Assembly (NCBI GenBank): GCA_030141605.1 | Contig: JAQGDQ010001476.1 | Coordinates: forward strand, 1-38,939 | DNA: 38,939 bases | Origin: Tubiluchus corallicola | Lineage: Eukaryota; Animalia; Priapulida | Direction: 5' to 3' | Part shown: piece by piece, positions 1 to 12,544 of the stretch | Numbering within the stretch: position 1 is the first letter of the stretch | How the letters are laid out: each line of letters starts with the position of its first letter | Translations under genes and position numbers: made by a program | Notes under the pieces: model-generated | The model's input: the letters and a program-made list of their open reading frames with translations, nothing else | What the model was told of the DNA's origin: nothing | Databases searched by the model: none

Positions 1-38
1 TAGGCAGCTCCTCAAATGATAAAAATGAAAATAAAAAT

Positions 39-516
39 CTCTTCTCTTCCCTTCTCTTCTCTCTTCCCTTCTTTTCTCTCTTCCTTTCTCTTCTCTTCTC
101 CTCTTCTCTTCTCTCTTCCTTTTTCTTCTCTTCTCTTCTCTTCTCTTCTCTTCGCCTCTTCTCTTCTCTTCTCCTCTTCTCTTCTCTCTTCCTTTTTCTT
201 CTCTTCTCTTCTCCTCTTCTCTTCTCCTCTCCTCTTCTCTTCTCTCTTCCTTTTTCTTCTCTTCTCTTCTCTTCTCTTCTCTTCTCTTCTCTTCTCTTCT
301 CTTCTCTTCTCTTCTCTTCTCTTCTCTTCTCTTCTCTTCTCTCTTCCCTTCTCTTTTCTTCTCTTCTCTTTTCCCTTGTCTTTTCTCTTCTCTTCTCTTC
401 TCTTCTCTTCTCTTCTCTTCTCTTCTCTTCTCTTCTCTTCTCTTCTCTTCTCTTCTCTTCTCTTCTCTTCTCTTCTCTTCTTTTCCCTTCCCTTCCCTTC
501 CCTTCCCTTCTCTTCA
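39..516. repeat. (TCTTC)n/(CTCTT)n polypyrimidine microsatellite
   Basis: Near-pure CTCTT pentamer run visible directly; the ORFs 12..530 and 16..537 are just its translation. Confidence 0.97.
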
Positions 517-670
517 GGAAGAAAAAACAAAAGGTGAGAAGAAAAAGAAAAAAGGGAATGAGAGGAGAAGAGAGCAGAGAAGAGGAGACCAGACTAGAGG
601 AGACGAGAGAAGAGAAAGGAGAGAAGGGAAGGGAAGGGAAGGGAAAGAAAGAGAAGGGAAGAGAAGAGAT
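517..670. repeat. Purine-rich (GA/GAAGG) low-complexity tract
   Basis: GAGAA/GGGAA motifs immediately after the pyrimidine tract. Confidence 0.8.
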
Positions 671-1164
671 AAAATCATTTTAGAGTCGTGATAATTTCAC
701 GCTTTGGCTCTTGATTTTGAACGTTCCATTTTTCCACCAATGATGTCATGTTAAACCCCATTTTTCCACCAATGGCATCGTTCATCGACTAAAGAAAAAT
801 AGTTCACTGGCAATTCTGTCAACAGTACAAGTTTTTACGCAAAATTAGTTGGCTTATCCTGTGATATTTTTGGCTGAACATTAAGCAAGATTTACAGCTT
901 TAAGTTAGTTTAAGCAGCATGCTCTTACAAGAAGTCATAAAGTCCACCAGTTACATCATAATTTTCAAATGAATGGCAGCTACCAATATGGCTGAAAAAT
1001 TTTTACACAGTGGTAGTGTGAATTAACTTTATGTGTTTTTTTGCAATTTTTGATTTATATTTTTCACGGTGTAAGTGATAACATTAAATTAAACCCGACA
1101 CGCTAAATGACTTGTCTTTTCCTTTAATAGTGCCAGTGTGTAGATTTTGTAGCATTTGTGTGGT

Positions 1165-1231
1165 TTTTGTTGTTGTTGTGGCTGTTGTTACAAGTTGTTG
1201 TTGCTGTTGCTGTTGCTGCTGTTGCTCTTGT

Positions 1232-1274
<43 letters not shown>

Positions 1275-1763
1275 CTTGTTGTTTGCTGTTTGCTGTTGCA
1301 GTTTGCTGTTGCTTCAGCACAACTGCAAGGCTACATGATAATAATTTTTAACTGTTATTCTGAATAATTATACAGAGCGATTCATGAGTAATTGGGATTA
1401 TAACCGGGATCTTGTTGTTGTTGCTGTTGCTGTTGTTGCTGCTGTTGCTCTTGTTGTTGCTGTTGCTGTTGCTGTTCCTGTTGCTGCTGTTGCTGTTGCT
1501 GTTGCTCTTATTGTTGCGGTTGCTCTTGTTGTTGCAGTTTGCTGTTGCTTCAGTACAACAGCAAGGCTACATGATAATAATTTTTAACTGTTATTGTGAA
1601 TAATTATACAGAGCGATTCATGAGTAATCTGGATTATAACCGGGATCTTGTTGTTGTTGCTGTTGCTGTTGCTGCTGCTGTTGCTGTTGTTGCTGCTGTT
1701 GCAGTTTGCTGTTGCTTCAGTACAGAGCGATTCATGAGTAATCTGGATTATAACCGGGATCTT
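1165..1763. repeat. Compound repeat: (GTT/GCT)n microsatellite plus unique spacer, about 3 tandem copies
   Basis: (CTGTTG)n blocks, each followed by ...CAGAGCGATTCATGAGTAAT(T/C)(G/T)GGATTATAACCGGGATCTT at about 1372, 1608 and 1723. Confidence 0.9.
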
Positions 1764-2832
1764 CATGCCGGGACTGTATCCTGTAGGACGTAAATGGTCT
1801 GATAGCTATTGTTTAATTGGCAAATTCTTTAACTTCCTGTTTACCACAGGAAGCAATTGCTGGAAGAGAGCTAAAGCATTTGTAAATGTTCTCTAATTCG
1901 TTCATATAGTGTGTGAAAGTTAATTAGAATACTGATTAATGCATATTTGAAAACTAGTAAAACTAGTAGTTATTTTAACTCGAGTAAATTATTAGAACTG
2001 GCAAACGATATGTGGTAGACATGTTTTCAATTTTCGTTAAGCGAATTTACTCGTGTAATACGCGGTTGGAAAGCCTGTGAAATTCTCTATCTACCCGTAT
2101 ATAGTTTGTTCAAAAGTAACGTAATGTGTAAGAAATAACTCAAACCCTAGTTGTAAAATCGCCATATTCGGACTTGCAACGATACTTCCTCCGGAATCCA
2201 CAAACATGGATTCGTACTTTCAACCGCCATTACGAACGCAGTACTTAAGCAATCTAAGTTAATCTTCTTAATCAAGTTATCTTAATTTGCATATGCGCAT
2301 ACTTAATATTTTAACAAATAATAGTCTTTCTATCTTTTATATCATCATTCATTCATTACATCATTTCATTCTGAAGCACTAAATGTTTTCTTTATCACAC
2401 GAATAACTTCATAATTTTCAGATTATTTCCATTACTTTTTTTCTTTCACTGTGTGGGACAATCTAACAAGCCCTGCTTTTTGATTGGCCCGCAACACATT
2501 TACATTTGTATATAGGTGAACAGTGTTTGAGGCTTTTCTTGTGCAGAAACAATAAAAACTTATTTGTGTTATGTTCATTGTAGGCCCTTTCACTAGATAT
2601 TGTATATGAAACTATTCTAAATGTGTAATGTTAAATAAATGACTTATGACTTATGCATCTCTCTCTTACATGCATTCGATTGTGCTTTTGTGGTGAATAC
2701 TGGATGTCAATTCTGTACACCCCTTATTCAAATTAAGCCTCAGTGTCATTACTTTCCATTTTCTTCATTTGCGAAATTAAGTAACTGGAGCATGCTTCTC
2801 TTTTATAACGGTTCATTTTTGTTACCATACAG

Positions 2833-3055
2833 TCAGTCTGACCCAAAGTCGTGGGCGAGATTTACGCACGAGAATCTCAAGATGGCGGAAGATACTCTTG
2901 CTGCTTCGACCCGCATGCGCAAGACAATTGACGACACGCTGAGTAACTTGGCGCGTGACATGCGACAGAATGCAGACAACGTGGAGGCGGCACTTCATCG
3001 GAGAACCGAGGAAGAGAACGTTGCCATCAGAAGACTCCATGAGAAACTTAAACAG
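2833..3055 (+). CDS. TEKT4: Tektin (tektin-4/A1-like) internal exon; upstream exons not found in the window
   Basis: QSDPKSWARFTHENLKMAEDTLAASTRMRKTIDDTLSNLARDMRQNADNVEAALHRRTEEENVAIRRLHEKLKQ resembles tektin 'STPETWAKFTQDN...'. Acceptor CATACAG (alternative at 2837); donor CAG|GTAAAA, phase 0. Confidence 0.9.
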
Positions 3056-3119
3056 GTAAAAATTAAGCCCATTTTTTGTACCACGACAACTTATTTTTTA
3101 GTTTAAATAATATTTTGGA

Positions 3120-3233
3120 GATTTAAATGAAAACAAACAAAAAGTTCTTTCAACGCGAGTACGACATACGCATCAAATGGTTATAAAGTAATATAATTTT
3201 TAAGGCGATTTTTCTGAAACCTACTTCAGGTAT
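3120..3233 (-). mobile_element. Dispersed repeat family A, fragment
   Basis: AAATGAAAACAAACAAAAAG...TTTTTCTGAAACCTACTTCAGGTA matches 13090-13198 and the reverse complement of 7704-7815. Confidence 0.8.
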
Positions 3234-3432
3234 CCCTTTTCTTCACCTTTAAGTTTAACCTCCCTCAAATGCCCACAAAGTACCTGGGTACCGCTTGGTT
3301 TTTCTCTTTACTGCTACTTTGTAAACTGAAATTGTAGTGCAACTGCGCAAGGACATGAATAGGTCAAGATCCCATGCCGGATTTGATACTGCAGCGTGCT
3401 TTTGTCTTTAACGTAAACCATTACACCGACAG

Positions 3433-3587
3433 GTTCTCGATGACATTGCCATGCAGGAGAAGAACATTGCAGAACTGCAAAAGTCCATCAAAGACAAGGA
3501 GGAACCCATGAAGGTTGCACAAACTCGATTGCAGAGTCGAATGAGCCGTCCCGGTGTCGAAAACTGCCGGGATCCTGCCCAGTACAA
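3433..3587 (+). CDS. TEKT4: Tektin exon carrying the tektin signature motif
   Basis: VLDDIAMQEKNIAELQKSIKDKEEPMKVAQTRLQSRMSRPGVENCRDPAQY(K); RPGVENCRD matches the tektin RPNVELCRD nonapeptide. Acceptor GACAG, donor AA|GTAAGT, phase 2. Confidence 0.95.
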
Positions 3588-5147
3588 GTAAGTAAAAGCC
3601 TTCCACCGGTACTTGAACTTGAAACCTTCTGCTTTCGGGGCAGCTGTGCTAATCATTTCACTACAGAAGCACTCAACTTTTCAAGCTCAAGTTCAGTAAG
3701 TTAATTACAAAAGCTTTCATAATAGTAAATCTAAATAAGCACAATTCTGACATATCTTGCAATATAATCACTGAAATATTAAATTTTGTGTGCAAGCTGC
3801 CTTTAAGAAACTGTAGCATTAGATGTAAATATTGAGCAAACAATACATCCTGGACAGTGGTCAGTCAAAACTCCCTCCTATTCCTCCAAAACTGTTGCCA
3901 TCGTTGTACTTTTAAAAGGATGAACTTAATTGATATCACTCCATTCTAATGTCAGCTGTCATTATGTGCTGCTCAGTGTAAACTTTGTTCGTTTAAATAT
4001 CTTTCAAAAAATAATGGTTTTGCAATTTCAATTTTGCAAAAAGTTATATAACTTCCATTGTTAAGATAATGTAAGAGTTACTATTTAAAAACACAAAAAT
4101 CATGCACTGTATTTATCAAATCACAAATAATAATAATTATTAGTTAAGAAAATTGTTTGGACTTTCACACAGTTCTCAAGCCGTATAGTTTTTTTGAGTT
4201 GAATAATATCCATAGTTTCAGTCGGTGTTTAAAACACATACTTTTTTCTCATCTACCTTTCTTTTACCTTTATTTTTGCATCATCTACATGTATCTAATA
4301 TCTACTTTCTTCAGTTTCCGCATGTATCTACATCTTTCGAAGCATCTACTTTTATCTACTTAAAGAAATAAAACCGATACTGAGTAAATTATTAATGAAC
4401 TATATTACCTCCTTTATTTTACAATGTAATTTTTTTTAAATGTTGCATCTGATTATGCTACCACATACTCAAAATTATCTATGTTTCAGTGTTTTTGTAT
4501 GTGTGGTTTCAGAATGTTGGGCCACATTTCCTTTACGATTAGATAAAATCATTCTGTTTTTCAGTAGGATTGGTAGCAAATTACTCTAAGTTTTATTAAT
4601 ACAAGCTGTTTAATGAATTTTTATAATTTTTTTGTCACTGTTCGTTCTCACGTCACGTCTTATTTTTCCTAATTTTCGTTCGTCTCGTTCCCGTATTATA
4701 ACAAGCCCGTTTGAAAAATTCCGTTTGTTCCATACGTGTATTGTATAGTAGTTGTTCTTGTGTTTCTTTCATGTATCGTGTCCATCCATCCATCCGTCCG
4801 GTGCCTAAATCCCTTTTATATCGGGGCGAGTAGCAATGTCTATTGTACTACTAGGCTGATTTCTACTCAAAAACGCTAAGGCGCACACATATGCTTGCTC
4901 TAATGCTACAACAACACAAAACAAATTTGGGTTTATAAATGTTATACCGCCGTTACCCACAGCCGAAGTTATACATTCACTATGCTTCTTCTTTTGACCA
5001 TTATGTCCTTCAGTAGGCAACTTTATCTCCTTCGTGTTCAAAACACTGGTGCCGGCACATTTAAGTGTGACAAATATGAATGACAGTATCAGACATCAGT
5101 AGTTATAAGAAAATATACCTGTTAGAAAAGCTTTAACTGTTTTGTAG

Positions 5148-5367
5148 AATGATAGAAGAAGTCTCTGCATTGTCAGACCTGATTGCTATATTGACGGAAA
5201 AATTAGAACAGGCTGAACAATCATTACGCGAGCTGAACGAAACTCGAATGGCTTTGGAGAAGGAGCTAGACGCCAAGAAGAACAGTGTCTTCGTCGACAA
5301 CGTCAAGTGCAAACAGATCAGGAAAAGATTTCCCACGTTTGACAAACTGATGGGCTACATGCAATAA
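5148..5367 (+). CDS. TEKT4: Tektin terminal coding exon
   Basis: Acceptor TTTTGTAG, phase 2 compatible. MIEEVSALS...KKNSVFVDNVKCKQIRKRFPTFDKLMGYMQ* resembles the tektin-4 C-terminus (NSLFIDRQKC...YPTILQLAGYQ). Confidence 0.93.
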
Positions 5368-5552
5368 TTATTATTAATATTTATCTGACTTGTTAAGAAT
5401 GATATGATGGTGTTGTGTATTTTTAACTAATGCCAATAAGGTGCACATGAATTATAACCAGATTGATATGCACAATTTGAATGTATTTTTGTGATTATGA
5501 TACAAAAAATTATTGCTTCTACAAAACTCTATAATTGTGGCACATTTTTTTG

Positions 5553-5558
5553 AATAAA
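5553..5558 (+). promoter_or_regulatory. Candidate polyadenylation signal of the tektin gene
   Basis: AATAAA about 190 nt after the stop, followed by T/GT-rich sequence. Confidence 0.5.
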
Positions 5559-7703
5559 AGAAATTACATTTGCGTAATTACTGTACAAAGATTTGAGATA
5601 TGTTTTCTTGTTGTATTTACTTGCATTCCAAAATAACCAAAGAACGGAACTTGTAGAAGCGATTCAGGGGTGAGCATTCTCTACCAGGGAGCGAATTCGA
5701 ATCAAATTGAATTTGTGACTCGAATTCCAATCGAACCGAACTTCAGTATTTTGAATTCGAATTGAGATTGAAAGATTTTTGAACAAGTTTTAAAACCACC
5801 AGTAAAAATTACTCTTACAAAAATTATGCATATGCCTGGATTTTGTTCTGCAGTAAAACCACCAAAATTGTGCACAGAAATCACAGCTGAATTATGCTGA
5901 CTGCATGATGCTTTAATCGTTTTGATGAAAAAAAACGTATGTGATCGAAGTGCTGAATTATTCGAATCTATAGTTTTAGGTTTGAACCGAGTTTAAACGT
6001 TTGAACTCAAGCCTTCAATGCTCATGTATAAAACTATTTAATCTTTGTAGTCACTATGATTTTTCAAGCGGTACTAAAATAGCAGGGTTGTTATGTTTGA
6101 ATGTGTATGCAAATTTTAATTTAATTTTCCGATGCGTTGGTTAATGACTGTTGGGCAGGTCAGCCAGGAAACTATTTTTAGCAAATAATAATTACGTAAT
6201 TATTTGTACATTACTAAGTCAATAATTATTGGTTACGGTAAATATTTATTTTGCTTAATTACAAATTAATTGTAAAAAAGGCGTTCTCTGATCATATTTT
6301 AGTTTGGCCTGCGGAGAGTGCATTTCAATTATGGTAACAACACGGATATTTGTGAAAGAGTTCCCTTATTGAAAATCAGTAATAATTTTTTTCACGTGTA
6401 TCGTATGATGATGATGATGATCACGTGTATTCACCATCTTTAGAATGAGAATTTTCGTCGTAAGTGGTGTTGGCAAGCCACTGGCATAGTAGTTTATTAT
6501 TTTTATGGATAACTGCTGTGTTTACCTGTCTTGAACAGATTTCTTTCATTTTAGAATTCTGCATGCCAAATGTCTTCAACAGACGTGATGGACGTATAGT
6601 AAAAGCTCTGAATGTTCGTTGTAAGTTGTGCTGACAAGCGATTTGCATAGCAGTGTCTAATTTTTTGCGTGATTATTGCCGTGTTTGCCCATTTTGACAG
6701 CTTGCCTAGTCTTTGTAGTAGGTGTAATGACGGGAGCCCGTAGAAGCCCGGCCAGTTTTTAGGCTCCTTACCGCGCCTTTGAAAAGTAACTTGTCGGTCG
6801 TGCACTTGTCATTCCAAAGAGTAAAAGAAACTATTGAAATTTATCATGGTGGATGAAAAAAACGATTATAATTTGCAGCTACTTTGATCTTTTATTTCCC
6901 AAAACATGTTGAATTTTAGAAGAAGGCATTTCTCAAACTTACATTTATGTATACAGATTACAACAGTTTTTTCTCAGCAATAACCAGGTGATCTCTCTCT
7001 GTTATAGTTGGTTTTTCTGCACTTACAAAATCAAGGTAATGGATGTATTGCAATTTGTCAAAAACTCCTGCTTGTTGAGCTGATGACGAAGCCTGTTCTT
7101 TGTCACCTGTATCCATTTTATATAACTAAAATATGTAGACATGTAATAGTGTTAACTTAGCCATGTTACTAGCTTTACTGAGCTACCTACATTGTTCTAC
7201 AATGTGTACTGTGCATGTGACCAAGCTTTGAAGAATCTGCAGAAGTTTTTATTTCCAAATCGTGATAAATCCAATACGTACTACAATGCATTACTAATTT
7301 ACAAGTAATCTGATTACAAGACTACTTTCGTTAGATTACTTGTTACTATAAAAAGTAATCTGATTACAATAATGCAACAGTAGTAACCAGGGTCAGATTT
7401 TGACCTTTTGGGGCCTCTAGGCTAATGAAATTATGGGACCCCTTTAGGTGGTGCCACCCTCCTAAAGGTCTAGCTCACCTGCACTTTGTAATGGTCATTA
7501 TAACCATTAAAAGATGGCCGACATTTTCACCTTGGAAATAAACAATAAAATGATATTTCCTAAGTGACATAAATTATTGTCAATAATATTAATTTGAAAA
7601 TTTTCATCACTGTACGTAATATAATATATATTTCATGCCATTGTTAGAAAACTTTAGAACAGTAGTATATGAAAATCTTTGTTTGTGTTGTCTCTCATTA
7701 AAT

Positions 7704-8346
7704 ACCTGAAGTAGGTTTCAGAAAAATCGTTTTAAAAAATTATATGACTTTATAGCAATTTTGTGCACATATCGTGCTTGCATTGAAAGGAATTTTGTTG
7801 GTTTTCATTTTAAAACTCTCACAGCGCTGTTCCGAAGTCGCCATTACATGGCGTCATATACGCAAACGTAAATCAGGGGAAGAAAAGGCAATGTTAAATT
7901 ATGTTCCAAAAAACTTTCCAAGCAAATCTACATTACTTAGCATTTCGCTTACCAGCTGGAAAGACTTAAGTAACTAGAAATAAGAATTTAAAATGTTTGT
8001 GGCAATTGGTAAATGTTGCTGGCTCACCCTCCAGGGTGCGCCACTCACTAACGAAAACGTATTTTCAAACTTATTGACAAGATACAGTTACTTAAAATTT
8101 TACTTTATAACATGTGTGCTACGAATGCACTGATTATTTTTTCAAACTTTACGCAATGTTATCTAAACTTGTTTCAAACGGCCTACCATTCAAATGACTG
8201 TGTCTAATGGTCATCGTGGGAGTTTAAATCTACAAGTTTTATACAGCATCACTGCTGATGCAAGCCCTGTCTGCAAAGCCATTATATATTATTTCAAGAC
8301 AAATTTTTTAATCTTTATGTAAGTGAAGGGTTTTCTTGCACTTTAA
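7704..8346 (+). mobile_element. Dispersed repeat family A (non-autonomous DNA-transposon-like, one end TTAA-flanked)
   Basis: Colinear with the reverse complement of 12545-13198 and with 33305-33663; ends GGGTTTTCTTGCACTTTAA. Confidence 0.8.
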
Positions 8347-8560
8347 CGTCGGTCAAACTTTTTTATAGTACTTTTTGTAGAAGGTGTGATTGACATCAGG
8401 ATGACTGTATGTTTTTGGGTGTCAAATCCTTATAAAACGTACGTGGAACTGCTACTATGTCACTCATAGGCGTGTTGCTATATGACAAGGTTATCTCGTA
8501 AAATCTGTTGAGCCAACAAACCTGGCCTTTAGAAAGTCGGGCATATAAAAATCTTTTATT

Positions 8561-9102
8561 CAGAGGCGTAGCCAGGTTTTAAAGTTAGGGGGAGCACGCA
8601 CATAAAAACGACACTGTGACGGGGGCGTAGCCAGGTTTTAAAGTTAGGGGGAGCATGCACATAAAAAAGATGCAGTGACAGGGGCGTAGCCAGGTTTTAA
8701 AGTTAGGGGGAGCATGCACATAAAAAAGATGCAGTGACAGGGGCGTAGCCAGGTTTTAAAGTTAGGGGGAGCATGCACATAAAAAAGATGCAGTGACAGG
8801 GGCGTAGCCAGGTTTTAAAGTTAGGGGGAGCATGCACATAAAAAAGATGCAGTGACAGGGGTGTAGCCAGGTTCTAAAGTTAAGGGGAGCAAGCACGTAA
8901 AAAAGATACTGTGACAGGGGCGTAGCCAGGTTCTAAAGTTAGGGGGAGCATGCACATAAAAAAGACACTGTGGCATGGGGGTGTAGCCAGGTCCTAGACA
9001 TGTGAACTAAAGAGCTAAAAAAATTGTTGAAAAGACGTCAATTTTGAATAATGTGGTCGTTGAGCAGTTACACCCCTTGCTTCCAGATTAGCTACGCCAC
9101 TG
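8561..9102. mobile_element. MITE-like element (TIRs CAGAGGCGTAGC / GCTACGCCACTG) with its left end amplified as a 59-bp tandem array
   Basis: About 7.5 copies of GGGGCGTAGCCAGGTTTTAAAGTTAGGGGGAGCATGCACATAAAAAAGATGCAGTGACA (8561-8992), closed by the inverted terminus at 9091-9102. Confidence 0.8.
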
Positions 9103-9474
9103 TCTCTAACTGATCTACAACTGCAGTGATGTGCCATCTGTTATCTGGTGAGATAAAGTTCAGAATTTTTATCGATTTTTCTATTTGTACAGTGCATATT
9201 ATTTGGCGCAGATTGAAGTTTTGTTACTCGGAACATTACTTCGGCAAACACTCCTGTTTGCTTTCGTTTTCTATTGTAACTCAGTGCCTGTGTAATTCGG
9301 CTGCTTGTTATATGTGTGATGGTTAATCTTATCTTGGTTGTCTTAGGTAGGCAGCCGGCTCGTATATATACGATCTTACTGCACCTGTGATCTTCACAAT
9401 TTCATCTTGTTTCCTGAACGAGACGGGAACGCCATCTTTGATATTGAAGTTTGAATAACTTCTAATTGTTCGGC

Positions 9475-9526
9475 ATGGATCGGCTTGATAATGACGACGG
9501 CTCTGGTCACAGTGACAGCGACTCCA
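9475..9526 (+). CDS. Putative first coding exon of the ANK-cGLR-ZER1 gene (MDRLDNDDGSGHSDSDS)
   Basis: GGCATGG Kozak-like context; strong donor CCA|GTGAGT (phase 1), phase-compatible with 10543. No homology recognised. Confidence 0.45.
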
Positions 9527-10542
9527 GTGAGTACATTTCTTATTAGATAACTATCTGCAGGTAGTTTTTACACGGGTAGCAAAAATCAGACTCCTAATCC
9601 TACTCCTTGTACCCGCCCGGTACCTAGGTGCCTGATTGTTAAGATTCAGCGGCAGTGAAGAAGTTGTAATGACTGATGTTCACAAATGAAAACAACCACT
9701 GGTACATTTTAACGAACTGAACTGTTATGTTAACAACATGCGTTTGTTTGTTACACCCTGAAAGCTTGAACACACGAGCTGTGACTCGAGAAAGTTGGTG
9801 TTTTCCAACACAAAACATTTGATTGAGTTTTTGTCTTCCGGACATTCATCATTTCATTGCAGACTTTGTCAGTTAGTCAGCCACGCCAGCCGAGGTACCG
9901 CGCTAAGCATTATTAATACACTGTAGGAATTATGGGAATAAAATAATCTAAATTATCCCTTTTGTGTGCTGTTAAACCTAACAATCTGTTTATTCGTATC
10001 TTTGTTATTGGCCTGAAATAGATTTTTAAAAGTTAATAAACAATTTCATTTGGATAATTAACCTCTTTGTGAACAAATCGTAGTTTGAGTGTCACCCCTG
10101 TGGCAAAAGTGGTTTGATCTGCCTTCTCCTTACTAGCTATTGTCCTGGTGCATTGCCAAGGCAGCAGTTATTACACTAGCACTGACTGAGATTATCATGA
10201 TACGGGTGCTCTTTGGCGTTACGCATATCGTAATAAAAGACATCGTGATACATCGATGTATCATCACCGGCGTATTTGTTGCATCTGTAGGAAGCTGAGC
10301 CTTCATTCATAACAGAGACTGTTTTATACAGTGAAACAAATGTCTCATTATTGTTGTTTCGCTGTGTAGAACTGTCCCAGGCCTGGTTTATAGATCCAGG
10401 TTTCACTGTGCTTGGAAATTTTGAAATTTGAAAAGGTCACGTGATGAATACTTTTCAAATGGTACAGTCTTTTACATTTACATGTATTTCGTGCCTCAAA
10501 TAAAACTAGTATGCACTGCTGTGTTTTTTTTACTTGATATAG

Positions 10543-10604
10543 GTTCAGTAGAGGACTGCGCAGTCTGTTTATCGGAAGAATGTCTTTGCCAAGTCTTACC
10601 AGAG
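10543..10604 (+). CDS. Putative second exon (SSVEDCAVCLSEECLCQVLPE), Cys-rich
   Basis: Acceptor TTTTTTTTACTTGATATAG, donor GAG|GTAAAG; phase 1 in and phase 0 out, compatible with the acceptor at 13908. Confidence 0.5.
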
Positions 10605-10884
10605 GTAAAGTTGCCGCTTTGCTTTATGCGCCATTTTGAGAAATCGAGCCATTCTTGTATGGGCTTGATCTAAAAGATTTTCAGCAGATTTTTTGAGAAA
10701 CCAAAAACCAGTAAGCGTATAATCTCCTCAAAGTTGTACTGGCAGAGACAAGCAAATGTGTTTCTTCATGTACATATTATGCTTTTTCTGCGAAATCGTG
10801 AGCACTCAAATTACAGTTGACCCTCGAATGAATGCACTGAAAGTGTCAGAGGAGGTCCGTTAATCAATGTTGGTGTATAGGTGC

Positions 10885-11310
10885 TTTGGTACTGCAGCAC
10901 CCCCTATTTTCACACAATATTATCGATAATATTCAATATAATAAGCCTTTTTCTTTAGTTCTTTATACTTGTACAGATCCAGAGCACGTGAGGGTAGTAC
11001 TGTTTGTTTCACAGTCCTGCACAGTGGTGTTTGGCTGTTGTGGGGACGCGGCCATGCGCACATGTCTGATCCCAGGTAGAGAAAGTACTGTCACTCACAC
11101 AGTTTGTTGTCAGTTGTCACGTGCTTTCCGTGAATTGATCAAGTATGAACTGTGACAATTTAGGCAGTTAGTAAGCAAAAAATATTCTTTTGTTTAGGAT
11201 TTTATCTGTTTATATGTAAACATTCATATGTTTGTTTGTTTTAAAATTACGATTACAAATTACAACAATAAAATTGCATATGTTTGTTTCATTTTACACA
11301 GTATTAAAAC
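10885..11310 (+). mobile_element. Dispersed repeat family C
   Basis: ACTGCAGCACCCCCTATTTT...CACGTGAGGGTAGTACTGTTTG...; direct copy at 23470-23905. Confidence 0.8.
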
Positions 11311-11560
11311 AATGGCTAAAAAGTTTCTGAAGCGGCTCCCTCAGTAATTTTAGCTACGAGTCACCACTGCCGTTAATACCAACTGACCGTTGATTCAAGT
11401 GTGTTTTCCCTGTGAAGGCGCAGTCAAACTTCAGCGCATGAGCCCAGTTTGTTTCAAAAAGATGTTTTAGAACCGTCCTGTTTGGAAAGAAACAATGTAA
11501 ATTGGATATAATTTCATTACAGACCCTCGAAAATTGTTGCACTCGCACTTTATAAAGAAG

Positions 11561-12240
11561 CCCTTTTCGTATGGCTTCATCTTGAAGTCTTATACAACTT
11601 ACGCACTACCTTTTTGTATGTATGGCTTCATCTTGAAGTTTTGTACCACTTACGTACTACCTTTTCGTATGCATGGCTTCATCTTGAAGTTTTGTAACAC
11701 TTACGCACTACCTTTTCGTACGCATGGCTTCATCTTGAAGTTTTGTACCACTTACGCACTACCTTTTCGTATGCATGGCTTCATCTTGAAGTTTTGTACC
11801 ACTTATGCACTACCTTTTCGTATGAATGGCTTCATCTTGAAGTTTTGTACCACTTATGCACTACCTTTTCGTATGCATGGCTTCATCTTGAAGTTTTGTA
11901 CCACTTATGCACTACCTTTTCATATGCATGGCTTCATCTTGAAGTTTTATACCACTTATGCACTACCTTTTCGTATGCATGGCTTCATATTGACGTTTTG
12001 TACCACTTACGCACTACCTTTTCGTATGCATGGCTTCATCTTGAAGTTTTGTAACACTTATGCACTACCTTTTCGTACGCATGGCTTCATCTTGAAGTTT
12101 TATACCACTTACGCACTACCTTTTCGTATGCATGGCTTCATCTTGAAGTTTTGTACCACTTACGTACTACCTTTTTGTATGCATGGCTTCATCTTGAAGT
12201 TTTGTAACACTTACGTACTGCCCTTTCGTACGCATGGCTT
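11561..12240. repeat. 51-bp minisatellite, about 13 copies
   Basis: Unit CCTTTTCGTATGCATGGCTTCATCTTGAAGTTTTGTACCACTTACGCACTA; the ORF track shows the matching 17-aa period. Confidence 0.96.
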
Positions 12241-12544
12241 GCGCCCCGGTCGTAACGTTGTATAAAACGTGTAAATTTAAACTCCCGCGATGAACGTATG
12301 GTGCAGCCATTTTAGTGGTAGGTCGTTTGAAGCAAATTTTGATAACATTACATAAGTTGTATACACGGGCTGCTAACCCAAATCACAGTAATAATTTGTC
12401 CAACAGATTATCACAATGATAACAATACTAGCACTTCCTGGGTAGAGATAAAATTTATTCGATAAAATTCTGCAGTTTTTCATTTACAAATTTGCTGCAT
12501 TCGCATCATTTACATTTGGTACACATTTCAAGCTGTCTGGATAA

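Noticed and set aside
12-1793. ORFs rich in R/E/K, S/L/F, polyQ and polyC
   Set aside because: They are translations of microsatellites with no coding signature.
11534-12265. 243-aa repeat protein
   Set aside because: Stop-free translation of a TE-derived 51-bp minisatellite, with a non-ATG start.
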